The notes beneath the pieces are model-generated. The model ran no database searches. It worked only from the letters and a program-made list of their open reading frames with translations, and was not told the DNA's origin. This document shows, piece by piece, positions 59,001 through 64,000 of a stretch of 64,000 bases of DNA. Position 1 is the stretch's first letter, and every line of letters starts with the position of its first letter. A program made the position numbers and the translations under genes. Source of the stretch: Antedon mediterranea (Eukaryota > Animalia > Echinodermata); the NCBI RefSeq assembly GCF_964355755.1, contig NC_092673.1, forward strand, positions 5,146,001-5,210,000, read 5' to 3'.

Positions 59001-62000
59001 TTGAAAATTTATGAAATATTCTTGTAGTGTTGACAAAAATGATTGTATTTGAATTTTAATATGTAACATTAATTTAGATTTTTATATAATGATTATAATG
59101 ATTGATTATTAAATTATTAATTATAATTTATTTTTAAATTGTACAATGTATACTGCTAAAATACAATTCGCCACGACCCCACAACCCCCCCCCCCCCCTC
59201 CCAACCTATTGTTTACCCTTTAAAGATCACAGTGAACATAAAACTAGTTTCTACTCACATTTGGATAATAAATAAAAATGAACAATTTAGTTTTATTTTA
59301 AGACAATAAAGCTCAATTTTAAATTAGTAATAATTTATTTATTAAAAAACCTTATATTACTGTTCAGTACCCAAAAAGCTAACCTTTGGACAGTCTCTTT
59401 TAAATAACAATAAATTATTAAACAAATAATTCATGTGATTGCTTATTAGGGAAAGCCCCTTGTCTCTGGGTGTAATCATTGAGTTATAAAATCACTGACC
59501 TTATTAAGTTTAGGTATATCACTACCAGGATGTATTCTAACTTGCCTACTGTATTACTAAAGTTCCTTGTTCAAAGTTAACCACATTTGAATATATCAAG
59601 GTTAAAGATTAAATATTAGTCATAGAGGTTTTATTAATTATAGGAGAATACTGTTTAAATGAGGATAATAAAGATAATTCCGTCCTTCAGTCAAACCTAA
59701 AGGCATTTTAACAATTGATTGATTTGTAGTTTCAACACCCTTTTGTACCTTGGGTTTATTAAAGTCTAACAGGATATAGAACATGAACATTGTTTAAATG
59801 ATGATTTAAAATAATTCTGTCCTAAAGGCATTATAACAATTTATTTATTTATTTCTTCTTTTTTTTTAGTTTCAACACCCTTTTGTACCTTATTTAAAGT
59901 CTAACAGGATATAGCACATTTTTGTTTTGTTTGGGCCAAATATAAAAATAAAAATCAAAAGATCATTTATTACTAATGATTGACATGCAATTATGATGGT
60001 AAATTGAATAATTATTTTGAAATTTGTTTTAGAGTATTCAACCATTTTTGTAAAAAAAATTGAAATAGTACATAATAAAAAAAAGTATGTGGTTCCAAAA
60101 TGTCATGAGAAAGAGGATGTGATACTATTTTTTTTAATTCTTTTTTTTTTATTCTGAGAATAGAATATTGTATTGGACAATAGTCCGAGGCAGACCATGT
60201 ACGTATACTTGGTTTTATACGCATGCACAGATTATTCTGTATTGTTGTCTCCTTTATCTACCATCACAAACGAAAGTTGGCTAATTAAAGACAACACTGA
60301 TAACCGATATGTTTAATTAGTCAATTCTCGTTATGCATTAATTATCACTACTGTATGTTGTTGTAACAGACAAATATGGAACAACATAGATTCAATTCAA
60401 TAAAACCTTATTATCCCAAGTCCTTGGGAAATTCATTTGGTTATGATAATACAAATATTCATAAAAACATTTAAAAAGTACACAAAACACAAGCACAACA
60501 ATCATAATAAAAATCTAAAATATGTTGAAAAAACACAGAGAGAAACAAATAGTACACCAATAATAACATCAGGCTCATATTTGCACAGCATTGTCTTTTT
60601 AGAGTACCATTGTAGGATCTAACTAGTATGAATGAAGGATTGTTATAGATTTACTAAAATTAAAAGAACCTATATCTGGTGCAAGTTTTACATTTTAATG
60701 ATTTGTGTTTGTTTCTTTCAGTTTCCGAAGCAGCTTGTGATGAATTTGCAGAAATTAAAGCACAATTGGAAGTTGAGCAGTTATGCAGAGAAGAGGCGGA
60801 AAGCTATGCCACAAAGGTTTCTTAGTTTTATCATCGTATAATTTTCATTTTATGTAATTTTAACAACTATCTAAAGGTTTTAGGTTTATTCCCAAAGGGC
60901 CCATAAATTTATCTACAGGTACTTGTGTTAAACCAAATATTTATATTGAAATGTTCCATTCATCGCAATTCAATACATTTGTATAAACTTACGGTATATT
61001 AAAATCTATCAAAATAGTATTTTTCAACTTTATATACCATCGAGTAAAAATTCTAGAAGTAACGATCGATTTACAGAATTTCGCCCTTATTTATATATAG
61101 ATGTTATAAATGTATTTCTACGTTTATCCTTGCTATTTGATTGGTTGATTTTGTTTCGCGTGCCATGAATTAAATTTTCACAATTTAATGATTAGGGTAG
61201 TGAACACCGATGATGACACAAAATTCTGGTGAATTTCAACATGCAGCGCCATCTATAACTTCTCAACTTCGTAGCAAAATCCGAAAGCCACCTTTTTTAA
61301 TAACCTAGCCTTCGACATTTGATTCAAGATTGAAATAGTAATATAATTGAATACTGTAAATGTTTAGCACAGTAGGTGTTTAATATAAAACCATGGACCT
61401 ATAACTTATTTAGGTCTAATTTATAGGTCCATGATAAAACAAATAATGAATGTTTTGTATTTGTTGAATGAGAGTTAAAAGCTTGAATATTCTATTTTAA
61501 CTTTGCTCTGACTGGTATACTTGCAACAGGTGATCTATGTATTTATAAGGTCTTCATATCCATAAAAAAAAGTAGATTGATGTGTAAAACAATTTCAAGA
61601 AAATAGTGAATTAAACTATAAAGTTTATTTTTAGTATCTAGAATATCCCAGCAATTGATCCCACTCCCTCCTTTACATTCACATCACTCATTTTCTAGTA
61701 TTCCCTTCTCAACAGACATACTTAATACTAAATGAATAGCAGATGGGGTAAATTCAGTTAAAGTAAGTCATCATCAACCGCATTAAGATAAAACTGCTAG
61801 TGATCTGGCAATATCCAATCTGTGACAGCCGCCTTACCATGCTACTTTGTACGACGGAAACTTTTAATATAGTGTTCCCTCATTTGTCTAGTAAGAGAGA
61901 GGAAATCGCATATGCTATCTATCGGAGGCAAGCCGTTGGGATTTCCCCTGTGCTTACCATACTAATGTTACTATGTCTGCAGTTGTTGTGTGCCGCAACT

Positions 62001-63215
62001 GGACACATATTGAAATGAAAAGATTTTTTAATTTATATTATTTTGTTTTTATTTTTTCTTGTAAATTTCATTTCTATTGTACATCACGCCCTGAAAACTT
62101 TTGCTTAAACAAACTTTATGTGACAAAACAAAAATGTAATGTGCCCATATGGACATACCATATTTGGGCATATCACTACCATATTTGGGCTCATCACATT
62201 TTTTTGTAGACAAAGCTTTAAAATGAGGACATTTATAGTTTGGTCTTTTGCACATATACATTGGATTTGAACATACCACAAAAAGTGGTCTTATGGTAAA
62301 GTTTCTGCAGAATTTGATTCTCAACTTGGTTGCGAATTTAATCACTTTACTGCAGACACTGTCACCATACAGCCAGGGATGTATCCAACATTTTAGATTT
62401 GGGGGTGGGGAGGGGGACCTGTTTAGTCCCCATCTAAATCCACTCCTGACAGCCACACCCAAAAAAACATTAGCCTGAAAGACAGAAAAATATTCGTTTA
62501 TACATACAAAAAAACAGTAGGGCCTAGTTAATTTATAATTTCCATGTATTTGTCATTTGTATCATGACTCTGTCACCTCTACTCTACTAGTAAGTGCCGT
62601 GACTTTAAAAGATTATGTTCTTTAGCGTTTTATCCCTCGGTGTCCCCTGGTGTGGTACCTCTTTTTATCTGGGTCTCTGTCTATTTGCCAACTCATTCAT
62701 GTTTTATATATAATTAATAAAATTGTAGCTATTTTTGCTTTCAGTCGGTTTTATTAGTTTTGTTGTACAGTAAATTAAATGTTTACTTTACAGTATTGAA
62801 AATATTTACACAACTTTAAAGGAATAGTTTTGTATTATATGATTATAAGTATAATTGATTAATTAAATTTCTGAACTAAAACAACAAAAATAACTTGCTT
62901 TGATAAAATCATAAGGTGGCATTCAAATATAGTTTACAGACTTCCCAGTGCAATCGCAATAAAAAATCTTTTTTTCTGTAAAAGGATTATTTTTAATCAT
63001 CTCATATTTGTCCTTATTTACCAAAATGTCACTTACACTTTAAAATTTACATTTTAAATTTTTCTTGCAGATGGTCAAACAAAATAAATCGATCAAAAGA
63101 AAAAGTGCCGCAATTCTTGGAAATAAATGGAACTCCATAGAAATCAGTTTGGACGATGATGACGATGACCCTCAGGTCAATAGTTCGTTGGAATCGGAAC
63201 AACAGCGACTAAATG
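56090..63215 (+). CDS. SHTN1: Shootin-1 (KIAA1598) homolog, first four coding exons; gene continues beyond the window
   Basis: Phase-consistent exons 56090-56195, 57407-57520, 60722-60816, 63071-63215. The spliced peptide LEVEQLCREEAESYATKMVKQNKSIKRKS...EISLDDDD aligns with the vertebrate shootin-1 segment LEIEKTCRESAEALATKLNKENKTLKRIS...EINIDDED as recalled. Confidence 0.85.
61392..61433. mobile_element. 42-bp P-like mini-element
   Basis: CATGGACCTATAA...TTATAGGTCCATG with 7-bp TSD ATAAAAC (61385-61391, 61434-61440). Confidence 0.7.
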
Positions 63216-64000
63216 GTATGTAGGCCTACAGTCTAAAGCTCTCGATTCTACACTATTAAACTTTATGTGTGTGCCCATATATAGACAAGATGATGTCATA
63301 TCACTACCATATTTGGGCACATCATACTTTTTTTGTCAAACTAGTTTTATAGTGTAGACAGAGGTTTATATCAAATGGTATGGTCCAGGTCTGAGGTATT
63401 GTACCCGAGCTGACATGTCCATGCTCTTTGCATATCTTTATTGATTACTTACATCATCCACATTAGTGAAGGCCTGATTTAATTTTTTAAGAAGTAACAA
63501 ATAACATTCAAATTCGCATTATATTATGTCAACTCTATCCAGGGCGCGCATAATCATCTGCCTGCCGTCCTGGGGCCACGAAAACATCATGTCGGGCATG
63601 TAGAACTTCACTGGCAGTGGCCTGATGGGCAACCTCACAAATTTTTTTTTTTTATATATAATTCTGCAAGTTTATGCCGTCTATACTGAGGAAATTCTGC
63701 GGCCTGAGTTTAATGCGAGGTTGAGGTGGTACACTCTTACATAGCGTTTTCTTGTAACAGTACATACAAAATGGGCAGGGCTAATTATTCTAATGAGGAT
63801 CTGATAGAAAGCTGTTGCATGTGTCAAGATTACTAAATATAACCATGCATAACCTACAAGTTCCTAGGGGAATGCGGTAGATTAATTCACCGTGGGTATG
63901 AATAGGAAATAATCAAAGGCCTTGGAAATATGATAACGACCAAAATAATATTTTAAAATTAATATGTTGATTTGTATGTTATTTTATTATTTTGGTCAGC

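Overview
AT-rich, intron-containing eukaryotic DNA from an invertebrate animal. A marine deuterostome such as an echinoderm is my inference from gene content and repeat types, not something proven. Six spliced + strand genes were reconstructed by hand from GT-AG junctions with consistent phases: (1) the last 12 coding exons of CCDC186 (447-10317); (2) an uncharacterised secreted protein of about 493 aa with PQQ/BamB-like beta-propeller repeats (13434-16998); (3) nanos (25233-26394); (4, 5) two tandem Ly6/uPAR three-finger genes with predicted GPI anchors (37083-38916, 52907-54552), lying in a ~12-14 kb segmental duplication; (6) the first 4 coding exons of shootin-1 (56090 to >63215). Non-coding DNA is dense with non-autonomous DNA transposons (IS3EU-, Harbinger-, P-, Kolobok-, pogo-, Helitron- and Helentron-like), SINEs, and LINE, Penelope and Academ relics. 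The two duplicate copies act as internal empty-site controls. They show pervasive TA>TAGGCCTA and TA>TACAGTA micro-insertions that look like excision footprints, an IS3EU-type element built from palindromic arrays, and a TSD-flanked composite insertion carrying a well-folded tRNA-like sequence with an unusual ATC anticodon. Most ORFs in the supplied track are spurious or are exon read-throughs. All family assignments come from recalled motifs; no database searches were run.
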